The notes beneath the pieces were generated by a model. The model saw nothing but the letters and a program-made list of their open reading frames with translations, was not told the DNA's origin and did not search any database. From the NCBI RefSeq assembly GCF_000021865.1, contig NC_014034.1:900001-932000 (forward strand): a stretch of DNA of 32,000 bases, in the 5' to 3' direction. Positions 18,427 to 25,920 of this stretch are shown piece after piece; positions within the stretch are counted from its first letter, which is position 1; each line of letters begins with the position of its first letter. The position numbers and the translations under genes were made by a program. Source of the stretch: Rhodobacter capsulatus SB 1003 (GTDB taxonomy: Bacteria > Pseudomonadota > Alphaproteobacteria > Rhodobacterales > Rhodobacteraceae).

Positions 18427-19595
18427 TGACGCGTGCGATTCTGACGCTGAACGCCGGGTCGTCCTCGCTGAAACTGGGGCTTTTCGACGAGGCGCTGGCG
18501 CCCCTCGCCACCGCCCATGTCGACCGGCTGGGCGCGCCCGAGGGCTCGTTGAACCTGAAGGATGCCGAGGGCAAGGCCATGCCGGTGCCGCATCTGGGGC
18601 CGGATGATTTCGCCACCCATACGCTCGCGCTGCGCTCGGCCTTGGGGGCGTTTCGCACCGACATGCCGGAACTCGAGATCGTGGCGATCGGGCATCGGAT
18701 CGTGCATGGCGGCACCGCGCACGCCGAGCCGGAAAAGGTCACCGACGTGCTGATGGACCACCTGGAACGGCTGAACCCGTTCGCGCCGCTGCACCAGCCG
18801 CACAACCTGGCGGGCGTGCGCGCGGCGATCGAGGCCTTTCCGGGCGTGCCCAATGTCGCCTGTTTCGACACGGCGTTCCATCGCGGCCATCCCTTTGTCG
18901 ACGACACCTATGCGCTGCCGCGGCACTATTACGAAAAGGGCGTGCGGCGCTATGGCTTCCACGGGCTGAGCTACACCTATATCGATGGCGTTCTGGCGGC
19001 CGAGGAACCGGAACTGCGCGCGGGCCGGGTGGTGATTGCGCATCTGGGCTCGGGCGCCTCGATCTGCGCCGTGCACAATGGCCAGTCGATCTCCTGCACC
19101 ATGGGCTTCTCGACGCTGTCGGGCCTGCCGATGGGCACGCGCGCCGGGGAACTGGACGCGGGCGTGGTGCTTTACCTGATGGATCAGGAAAAGATGAATG
19201 CCGAGGACATCACCGAGCTTTTGTTCAAGCGCTCTGGGCTGATCGGGATGTCGGGGGTGTCGAATGACATGCGCACGCTTGAAGCCTCGAAGAGCCCGCA
19301 TGCCGCGGAAGCGATCGACTATTTCTGCCACCGGGTGAAGCGCGAGATCGCCTCGCTGGCGGCGGCGATGGGCGGGATGGATGCGCTCGTCTTCTGCGGC
19401 GGTGTGGGCGAGAATTCCTCGCATGTGCGCGCGGCGGTCTGCGAGGGGCTCGATTGGGCCGGGATCACGCTCGACCAGACGGCGAACCTGGCGCATGCGC
19501 GCGAGATCTCGACGGGCCGCGTCGCGGTGCGGGTGATCCCGACGAACGAGGAAGTGGTGATCGCGCGGGCGGCCAAGGACGCGCTGCATATCTGA
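18426..19595 (+). CDS. ackA: Acetate (short-chain acyl) kinase
   Basis: ORF 18426..19595 (389 aa). ILTLNAGSSSLKLGLF, GHRIVHGG, CFDTAFH, RRYGFHGLSY and VIAHLGSGASI are ASKHA acetate-kinase motifs. Its ATG shares one base with the upstream stop (TGATG). Confidence 0.93.
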   Translation: MTRAILTLNAGSSSLKLGLFDEALAPLATAHVDRLGAPEGSLNLKDAEGKAMPVPHLGPDDFATHTLALRSALGAFRTDMPELEIVAIGHRIVHGGTAHAEPEKVTDVLMDHLERLNPFAPLHQPHNLAGVRAAIEAFPGVPNVACFDTAFHRGHPFVDDTYALPRHYYEKGVRRYGFHGLSYTYIDGVLAAEEPELRAGRVVIAHLGSGASICAVHNGQSISCTMGFSTLSGLPMGTRAGELDAGVVLYLMDQEKMNAEDITELLFKRSGLIGMSGVSNDMRTLEASKSPHAAEAIDYFCHRVKREIASLAAAMGGMDALVFCGGVGENSSHVRAAVCEGLDWAGITLDQTANLAHAREISTGRVAVRVIPTNEEVVIARAAKDALHI

Positions 19596-19602
19596 GCAAC
19601 GC

Positions 19603-19749
19603 GGGGGGCGCTGCCCCCCGGTCCCTTCGGGACTCCCCCCGGGATATTTGAGGCAAGATAAAAGCAGGCCCTTTAGGCTTTTTCCCTTTACCTTGCTGCA
19701 AATATCCCGGGGGGTGAGGCCGCAAGGCCGAGGGGGGCAGAGCCCCCCC
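19603..19749. repeat. Full 147-bp copy of the modular nested-palindrome intergenic element (GGGATATTT subtype)
   Basis: The module order is as follows. GGGGGGCGCTGCCCCCC, then GTCCC-TTC-GGGAC. Then the long hairpin CCCCCCGGGATATTTGAGGCAAGATAAAAG / CTTTACCTTGCTGCAAATATCCCGGGGGG. Then GGCC-GCAA-GGCC, then GGGGGGCAGAGCCCCCCC followed by TTTT. It fills almost the entire gap between convergent ackA and pepP. Confidence 0.9.
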
Positions 19750-19757
19750 TTTTGCGT

Positions 19758-21557
19758 TCAGAGTGGCGCGCAGGCCGCGACAAGCCAATCGCGCGCGGCG
19801 GCCCCTACCAGCGGGCCGATCCGGGCCAGAACGCCCGCGTGATAGCTGTCGATCCAGGCGCGTTCGGGCTGCGAAAGCATCTCGACGACGATCAGGCGGC
19901 GGTCGATCGGCACCCAGGTCAGGGTCTCGAAGCACAGATGGTCGCGGTTGTCGCCCAGTTTCGGCGCCTCGGTGACAAGGATCAGGTTCTCGATCCGGAT
20001 CCCCCACTGGCCTTCGCGGTAATGGCCGGGTTCGTTCGACAGGATCATGCCGGGGGCAAGGGGGACATCGGAAATCCGCGAGATCCGCGCCGGGCCTTCG
20101 TGCACGCAAAGCGCCGCGCCGACGCCATGGCCGGTGCCGTGGTCGTAATCCATCCCCGCAGACCAGAGCGCCACCCGCGCCAGCGCGTCCAGATCCCGCC
20201 CGGCCAGGCCGCGCGGAAAGCGGGCGCGGGAAATCGCGATCATGCCCTGCAGCACCCGGGTAAAGGCCTCGGCCGCGCCCTCGGGCACGGGGCCGACCGC
20301 AAGGGTGCGGGTGATGTCGGTGGTGCCATCCGGGTATTGCGCGCCAGAGTCGATCAGCAGCAACTCGCCGGGGCTGACGCGGCGGTTCGTCGCCTCGGTC
20401 ACGCGGTAATGCACGATGGCGCCGTTCGGCCCGGCGCCGCAGATCGTGTCGAAGCTGATGTCCACGAGTTGCCCCGTGGCGCGGCGGTGCTGTTCCAGCT
20501 GCGTGACCACGTCGATTTCGGTCAGATTGCCCTTGGGCGCTTCGGTGTCGAGCCAGGCGAGGAATTCCACCAGTGCCGCGCCGTCGCGCAGATGGGCGGC
20601 GCGCATCCCCGCGGCTTCCGCGGCGGTCTTGCGGGCCTTGGGGGCGATGCAGGGATCTTCGGCCCAGAGCACCGGGGTTCCGGCCTCTTCCAGCGCGCGG
20701 CCGACCTGATGCGGGGCCGAGGCGGGATCGACCTGCACCGGGCCGGGCAGGCTGCGCAGCCCCGCGGCAAAGGCGGAAACCGGGCGCAAGGTCACCTCGT
20801 TGCCCAGATGGGCGCGGATCTCGGGCGGGAATTTCGCGGCCTCGGCGTAAAGCGTCAGATGGCCATTGGCCTGCAGCACGGCAAAGGCCTGCACCACCGG
20901 GTTGCGGGGAATGTCGGCGCCGCGGATGTTCAAGAGCCACGAAATGCTGTCGGGCAGGGTCAGCACCGCCGCCTGCGCGCCCTGTTTTGCCAGCCCGGCG
21001 GCCAGACGGCCGCGCTTCTCGGCGCTGCTTTCCCCCGCGAAGTCAAGCGGATGCACCCGCGCGGTTGCGGTCGGCGGGGCCGGGCGGTCGGTCCAGATCG
21101 CGTCGATCAGGTTCGCCGTCTCGACCAGTTCGATCGCCGATCCGTCCAGCGCGCGGCGCAGGTCCTCGACCTCCTTGCGGCTGTGCAGCCAGGGATCGAA
21201 GCCGATCCGCCCGCCCGCGGGCAGGTGCTCCAGCAGCCAGGGTCCGGCCTTGACCTCGGGCCAGGGGACGGGGGTGAAGGCCCCCAGATCGACCTCGGAT
21301 TTCACCTGCACCCGGTAGCGGCCGTCGATGAAGACCCCCGCCACCTCGGGCAGCACGATGCAGAACCCGGCCGAGCCGGTGAAGCCGGTCAGCCAGCCCA
21401 GCCGCGCATCGCAATCGGCGACATATTCGCCCTGATGCGCATCGGCGCGGGGGATCAGGAAGCCGGTCAGCCCCTCCGAGGCGATCGCCTGACGCAAAAG
21501 CGCCAGCCGGGCCGGGCCATGCGCAGGCGTCGAGCGGCTGGTGAAATCCTGAAACAT
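19758..21557 (-). CDS. pepP: Xaa-Pro aminopeptidase (M24B, three-domain ~600 aa form)
   Basis: ORF 19758..21557 (599 aa). The C-terminal pita-bread fold carries metal-ligand motifs: LLIDSGAQYPDGTTDITRT, HGTGHGVG, SNEPGHY and IRIENL. It starts 6 nt after the cobT stop. Confidence 0.9.
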   Translation of the reverse strand: MFQDFTSRSTPAHGPARLALLRQAIASEGLTGFLIPRADAHQGEYVADCDARLGWLTGFTGSAGFCIVLPEVAGVFIDGRYRVQVKSEVDLGAFTPVPWPEVKAGPWLLEHLPAGGRIGFDPWLHSRKEVEDLRRALDGSAIELVETANLIDAIWTDRPAPPTATARVHPLDFAGESSAEKRGRLAAGLAKQGAQAAVLTLPDSISWLLNIRGADIPRNPVVQAFAVLQANGHLTLYAEAAKFPPEIRAHLGNEVTLRPVSAFAAGLRSLPGPVQVDPASAPHQVGRALEEAGTPVLWAEDPCIAPKARKTAAEAAGMRAAHLRDGAALVEFLAWLDTEAPKGNLTEIDVVTQLEQHRRATGQLVDISFDTICGAGPNGAIVHYRVTEATNRRVSPGELLLIDSGAQYPDGTTDITRTLAVGPVPEGAAEAFTRVLQGMIAISRARFPRGLAGRDLDALARVALWSAGMDYDHGTGHGVGAALCVHEGPARISRISDVPLAPGMILSNEPGHYREGQWGIRIENLILVTEAPKLGDNRDHLCFETLTWVPIDRRLIVVEMLSQPERAWIDSYHAGVLARIGPLVGAAARDWLVAACAPL

Positions 21558-21563
21558 GCCCGC

Positions 21564-23438
21564 TTACCCCGTCTTTTTCATCCCCAGCACCCGCGCCCGC
21601 GCCCGCGGATCGCTGTCGAAAAGCGCCGCCAGCTGTTCGGTCATCGCGCCCGCCAGCTGCTCGACATCGGTGATGGTGACGGCGCGCGAATAATAGCGCG
21701 TCACGTCATGGCCGATGCCGATCGCCAGAAGTTCGACCGCGCGGCGGCGTTCCACCATGGCGATCACGTCGCGCAGGTGTTTTTCCAGATAGATCGCGGG
21801 GTTGACCGAAAGCGTCGAATCATCGACCGGGGCGCCGTCGGAAATCACCATCAGGATTTTCCGCGCCTCGGGCCGCGCCATCGACCGCTTCCACGCCCAT
21901 TCCAGCGCCTCGCCGTCGATGTTTTCCTTCAGCAGGCCTTCCTTCATCATCAGGCCCAGATTGGACCGCACCCGCCGCCAGGGCGCATCGGCGGATTTGT
22001 AGATGATGTGGCGCAGGTCATTGAGCCGCCCCGGCCCCTGCTTGCGCCCCTCGGCCAGCCATTTCTCGCGGCTTTGGCCGCCCTTCCAGGCGCGGGTGGT
22101 GAAGCCCAGGATCTCGACCTTGACCGAGCAGCGTTCGAGCGTCCGCGCCAGCACGTCGGCGCAGATCGCGGCAATGGAAATCGGGCGGCCCCGCATCGAG
22201 CCCGAATTGTCCAGAAGCAGCGTCACGCAGGTGTCGCGGAATTCGGTGTCTTTCTCGATCTTGAAGGACAGCGGCGTCGTCGGGTTTGCCACGACGCGGG
22301 CAAGGCGGCCAGCATCGAGCGTGCCTTCCTCGCGGTCGAATTCCCAGCTGCGGTTCTGCTGCGCCTGCAGCCGCCGTTGCAGCTTGTTCGCCAGCCGCGC
22401 GACGGCGCCTTTCAGCGGTTCGAGCTGCGTGTCAAGGTAAGCGCGCAGCCGTTCCAGTTCCGCCGGTTCCGCCAGATCCTCGGCGCGGATTTCCTCGTCG
22501 AAGTCGGTGGTGAAGACGGTGTAATTCGGATCGGCATTCGAATGCGGCGCGGGCGGCGGCGGTTCGGGCGGCGCATCGGCCTGCGGCATGTCGAGCTCGT
22601 CGCCGCTCTCGTCCTCGGCGAGATCGTCCTGGCTGACGGTGGTTTGCCGCTGATCCTGCTGCTGTTCCTGACTTTGCTCGGGGCTGGCCTCGCCGTCGTC
22701 GTCCTGCTGCTCTGCCTCCGAGCGGTTGTCCTGATCCGCTTCCGGGTCTTCCTCGCTCTCCTGATCGGCCTCGTCGTTTTGCTGCGCGTCGGGATCTTCG
22801 CCGAGCTGATCGCCGTAACCCAGATCGGCAATCACCTTGCGCGCAAGACGTGCAAAGGCCGCCTGATCGGCCAGAGCCGCCTCGATGCCCTGAAACTCCT
22901 CGCCCGCCTGATCCTCAAGAAAGCCGCGCCAGAGGTCGAGCACATGGTTCGCGGCCTGCGGCAGTTTCCGCCCCGTCGCCATTTCGCGCACCAGATAGCC
23001 CGCGGCCACCGCAAGCGGCGCCTCGGCCTGGGTGCGGATCTGGCCATAGCCCTTGCGCTCGGCCTCATGGCCGATCTTGAAGTCGATATTGGTCAGCGTG
23101 CCGGGCATGTCGCGCGCGCCCAAAGCCTCGCAGCGGGCGGTTTCCATCGCCTCGTAAAGCGATTTCGCCATGTCGCCCGAGGGCGCATAGCGGGCGGCCA
23201 CGGCGGTATCGTGGTGACGCTGGCGCAGGGCCAAAGCATCGCCGGTGCCGCGCGCCATCATGATCTCGTCGCGCGTCATCCGGCGCGAGACCTGCGGCAG
23301 GCGCATCTGATCGCCCGCCACACCGGGCGGATCGACGCTGAAACTGACGCTCAGTTCGGGTGCATCGGCCAAGGTCCGGGTGGCCTCGGCCAGGGCCTTC
23401 TTGAACGGATCGGCGGGGTTGTCAGTGGGCTTCGTCAT
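21564..23438 (-). CDS. cobT: Cobaltochelatase subunit CobT-type protein (acidic linker plus C-terminal vWA domain)
   Basis: ORF 21564..23438 (624 aa). It has a CobT-like N-terminal region, a long Asp/Glu/Gln-rich tract, and a vWA MIDAS motif ([11 protein letters not shown]). It lies 9 nt downstream of cobS. Confidence 0.9.
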   Translation of the reverse strand: MTKPTDNPADPFKKALAEATRTLADAPELSVSFSVDPPGVAGDQMRLPQVSRRMTRDEIMMARGTGDALALRQRHHDTAVAARYAPSGDMAKSLYEAMETARCEALGARDMPGTLTNIDFKIGHEAERKGYGQIRTQAEAPLAVAAGYLVREMATGRKLPQAANHVLDLWRGFLEDQAGEEFQGIEAALADQAAFARLARKVIADLGYGDQLGEDPDAQQNDEADQESEEDPEADQDNRSEAEQQDDDGEASPEQSQEQQQDQRQTTVSQDDLAEDESGDELDMPQADAPPEPPPPAPHSNADPNYTVFTTDFDEEIRAEDLAEPAELERLRAYLDTQLEPLKGAVARLANKLQRRLQAQQNRSWEFDREEGTLDAGRLARVVANPTTPLSFKIEKDTEFRDTCVTLLLDNSGSMRGRPISIAAICADVLARTLERCSVKVEILGFTTRAWKGGQSREKWLAEGRKQGPGRLNDLRHIIYKSADAPWRRVRSNLGLMMKEGLLKENIDGEALEWAWKRSMARPEARKILMVISDGAPVDDSTLSVNPAIYLEKHLRDVIAMVERRRAVELLAIGIGHDVTRYYSRAVTITDVEQLAGAMTEQLAALFDSDPRARARVLGMKKTG

Positions 23439-23447
23439 CGCCCCCCC

Positions 23448-24422
23448 TTAGCGCCCCGCGATGACGGCGGCGCTTTCGGGCAGTTCCTCGTCGAACAGAC
23501 GCTGGTAGAACTCGGCCACGGTGGCGCGTTCGAGTTCGTCGCATTTGTTCAGGAAGGTCAGCCGGAAAGCATAGCCCACGTTGCGGAAGATATCGGCGTT
23601 CTGCGCCCAGGCGATGACGGTGCGGGGCGACATCACGGTCGAGAGGTTCCCGGCCATGAAGGCGGTCCGGGTCAGATCGGCCACGGTCACCATCTGGTTG
23701 ATCACCTTGCGGCCCTTGTCGGTGTTGTAATGCGGCACTTTCGAGAGGACGATCGCGGCCTCGGCGTCGTGGGACAGATAGTTCAGCGTCGCGACAAGCG
23801 ACCAGCGGTCCATCTGGCCCTGGTTGATCTGCTGCGTGCCGTGATAAAGCCCGGTCGTGTCGCCCAGACCCACGGTGTTCGCCGTCGCGAACAGCCGGAA
23901 ATAGGGGTTCGGGGTGATCACTTCGTTCTGGTCGAGCAGCGTCAGTTTCCCGTCGGCTTCCAGAACGCGCTGGATCACGAACATCACATCGGCGCGGCCG
24001 GCGTCGTATTCATCGAACACAATCGCGGTCGGGTTGCGCAGCGCCCAGGGCAGAATCCCCTCGTGGAAGACCGTGACCTGCTTGCCGTCAACGAGCTTGA
24101 TCGCATCCTTGCCGATCAGGTCGATCCGGCTCACGTGGCTGTCAAGGTTCACCCGCACGCAGGGCCAGTTCAACCGCGCCGCCACCTGTTCGATATGGGT
24201 CGATTTGCCGGTGCCGTGATAGCCCTGAATCATCACGCGGCGGTTGTAGGCAAAGCCTGCCAGAATCGCCATCGTGGTGTCGGGGTCGAATTTGTAGGTC
24301 GGGTCAAGGTCCGGCACCCGGTCGGTGCGTTCGGCAAAGGCCTTCACCTTCATGTCGCTGTCGATCCCGAAGACTTCGCGCAGATCGATCTCTTCGGTGG
24401 GCTTGGCGGTCTGGTCGAGCAT
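23448..24422 (-). CDS. cobS: Cobaltochelatase subunit CobS-type AAA+ (MoxR-like) ATPase
   Basis: In frame with ORF 23448..24608. The ATG at 24422 ([21 protein letters not shown]...) follows AAGAGGA and gives 324 aa. It has Walker [10 protein letters not shown] and Walker [10 protein letters not shown]. The longer N-terminal extension is Pro/Arg-rich and not credible. Confidence 0.92.
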   Translation of the reverse strand: MLDQTAKPTEEIDLREVFGIDSDMKVKAFAERTDRVPDLDPTYKFDPDTTMAILAGFAYNRRVMIQGYHGTGKSTHIEQVAARLNWPCVRVNLDSHVSRIDLIGKDAIKLVDGKQVTVFHEGILPWALRNPTAIVFDEYDAGRADVMFVIQRVLEADGKLTLLDQNEVITPNPYFRLFATANTVGLGDTTGLYHGTQQINQGQMDRWSLVATLNYLSHDAEAAIVLSKVPHYNTDKGRKVINQMVTVADLTRTAFMAGNLSTVMSPRTVIAWAQNADIFRNVGYAFRLTFLNKCDELERATVAEFYQRLFDEELPESAAVIAGR

Positions 24423-24555
24423 CTTCGGTCCTCTTCGTGCACTCGTTGTTTTGTGGCCGATGGGGCAGGGCTGCGCAAGAGGCGGATTGTGCCCCGGACA
24501 AGGCCGGGGGGGCTTTGTCGAACCGGGGTGAAGGCGGCGTTCACCCCTTCGTTGC

Positions 24556-24583
24556 TTGACCTGCCGCGCGCAAGGCGTATCTG
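24556..24583 (+). promoter_or_regulatory. Candidate sigma70-type promoter for the DUF4177-like gene
   Basis: TTGACC (24556-24561), a 16-nt spacer, then TATCTG (24578-24583), about 24 nt upstream of the ATG at 24607. This is a motif match only. Confidence 0.22.
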
Positions 24584-24606
24584 TCGCGGCCAAAACGAGG
24601 TGCGCC

Positions 24607-24978
24607 ATGCAGCTTTACGACTACAAGGTGGTTCCCGCGCCGGTGCGGGGCGAAAAGGATCGCGGCGGGAAAACCGGGGCCGAGCGCTTTGCCCTGGCCC
24701 TGGGCGAGGTGATGAACGAGCTTGCGCGCGAGGGCTGGGAATATTGGCGCGCCGAGACGCTGCCCGCCGAGGAACGCGCGGGGCTGGCCTCGAAGGTGAC
24801 GGTGGTTCACCATCTGCTGGTGTTCCGCCGCGCGCTGGCCCGGGCCGAAGCCGACGAAAGCGCGGCGGAAGACGAAACCGGCCTGACCTTTTCGACGGAA
24901 CGGCGCGGCAGGCTGACCGCCTTCGCCCCCGAGGGCCGCGCGCCGCGGCTTGGCCCGGCGGCGGACGAGAGCTTCTGA
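24607..24978 (+). CDS. Small conserved protein, DUF4177-like
   Basis: In frame with ORF 24556..24978. The ATG at 24607 follows [18 protein letters not shown]...[28 protein letters not shown] resembles the DUF4177 fold pattern, followed by an acidic, disordered tail. The family call is from memory. Confidence 0.65.
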   Translation: MQLYDYKVVPAPVRGEKDRGGKTGAERFALALGEVMNELAREGWEYWRAETLPAEERAGLASKVTVVHHLLVFRRALARAEADESAAEDETGLTFSTERRGRLTAFAPEGRAPRLGPAADESF

Positions 24979-25123
24979 GCCGGAACCTTCGTCAATCTTC
25001 CCGCTTGCCCTTGGCTTGGCCGGGAAATCCTCTATCCTCTGGCACCCGAGTCGGCGAGCGGACCCAGAAGCCGCGCCGAAACCCTGACCGCGCCCAGCTT
25101 GCGGACGTGATTTGCGAGGCCCC

Positions 25124-25747
25124 ATGAGCAAGACCGACCCTTTCGGCTTCAACATTTCTGCCGCGGCCGACAAGAAAAGTCGGACCAAGGGCAAGCGCGG
25201 CATGTCCGGCGCCTTCGAAACCTCGACGCGGCAATGCGATCACCCCGATTGCAAGGAGCCGGGCCAGTATCGCGCGCCGAAAAGCCCGAAGGTGCTTGAT
25301 GACTATTTCTGGTTCTGCAAGGACCATGTGCGGGAATACAACCTGCGCTGGAACTATTTTCAGGGCCAGTCGGACGAGGAATTCCAGCAGTTTCTGGACA
25401 ATGCCAATGTCTGGGAACGGCCGACGAAGCCCTTTGGTCGCTCGAAAGAGGAAAAGGGCTGGGCGCGGCATGGCATCACCGACCCGATGGAGCTTCTGGG
25501 CGCCAATGCGACGCAGAACCCGGGGCGGACCGTGGTGGGCCGCAAGCTGCCGCCGACCGAGCGGCGCGCGCTTGAGCTGCTCGATGCCAAGGACACGATG
25601 ACGAAGACCGAGATCCGCGGCTGCTACAAGGCGCTGATCAAGGTGCTGCACCCCGACATGAATGGCGGCGACCGCAGCCAGGAGGAGATGCTGCAGCAGG
25701 TGGTCTGGGCCTGGGACCAGATCAAGGACAGCCGCAACTTCAAATGA
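25124..25747 (+). CDS. J-domain protein (C-terminal DnaJ domain, N-terminal Cys/His motif)
   Basis: In frame with ORF 25112..25747, with the ATG at 25124 (MSKTDPFGF...). The C-terminal J domain reads TKTEIRGCYKALIKVLHPDMNGGDRSQEEMLQQVVWAWDQIK and contains the HPD tripeptide. The N-terminal region reads CDHPDC...FWFCKDHVREYN. Confidence 0.85.
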   Translation: MSKTDPFGFNISAAADKKSRTKGKRGMSGAFETSTRQCDHPDCKEPGQYRAPKSPKVLDDYFWFCKDHVREYNLRWNYFQGQSDEEFQQFLDNANVWERPTKPFGRSKEEKGWARHGITDPMELLGANATQNPGRTVVGRKLPPTERRALELLDAKDTMTKTEIRGCYKALIKVLHPDMNGGDRSQEEMLQQVVWAWDQIKDSRNFK

Positions 25748-25769
25748 GGCCCCCGTCGCGGGCGGGACA

Positions 25770-25916
25770 GGGGGGCGCTGCCCCCCTCTTTTGGCTTCGC
25801 CAAAATTCACCCCCCGGGATATTTGGGGCAAGGTGAAAGCAGGCCGCTTTGCCCTTTCATCTTGCCCCAAATATCCCGGGGGGAGTCCGCTTGCGGACGG
25901 GGGGCAGCGCCCCCCC
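25770..25916. repeat. Full 147-bp copy of the modular nested-palindrome intergenic element (GGGATATTT subtype, same orientation as the 4907 copy)
   Basis: The module order is as follows. GGGGGGCGCTGCCCCCC, then TTTTGGC-TTC-GCCAAAA. Then 30-nt arms CCCCCCGGGATATTTGGGGCAAGGTGAAAG / CTTTCATCTTGCCCCAAATATCCCGGGGGG, which pair throughout except one G-T position. Then GTCCG-CTTG-CGGAC, then GGGGGGCAGCGCCCCCCC. It lies between the convergent J-protein gene and glcB. Confidence 0.9.
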
Positions 25917-25920
25917 TTTC

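Noticed and set aside
19621-19633. Canonical C(UUCG)G tetraloop in the small stem-loop of the repeat element
   Set aside because: The register that gives a UUCG loop allows only 2 base pairs. The 5-bp GTCCC/GGGAC stem instead leaves a TTC triloop. Only the GGCC-GCAA-GGCC module (19718-19729) and the CTTG loops in the other copies are plausible 4-nt loops, so special RNA tetraloops are not claimed as a general property.
25008-25038. RpoH-type heat-shock promoter (CTTG-N17-CYTATNT) upstream of the J-domain gene
   Set aside because: CCCTTGG ... TCTATCC gives an acceptable -35 and spacing, but the -10 has two mismatches at conserved positions. It is not distinguishable from chance.
19752-25127. 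Giant 1791-aa plus-strand ORF
   Set aside because: It runs antisense to pepP, cobT and cobS, all of which have clear family motifs. Its translation is Arg/Gly/His/Asp-rich low-information sequence with no recognisable domain. Long stop-free antisense frames are expected at this GC content.
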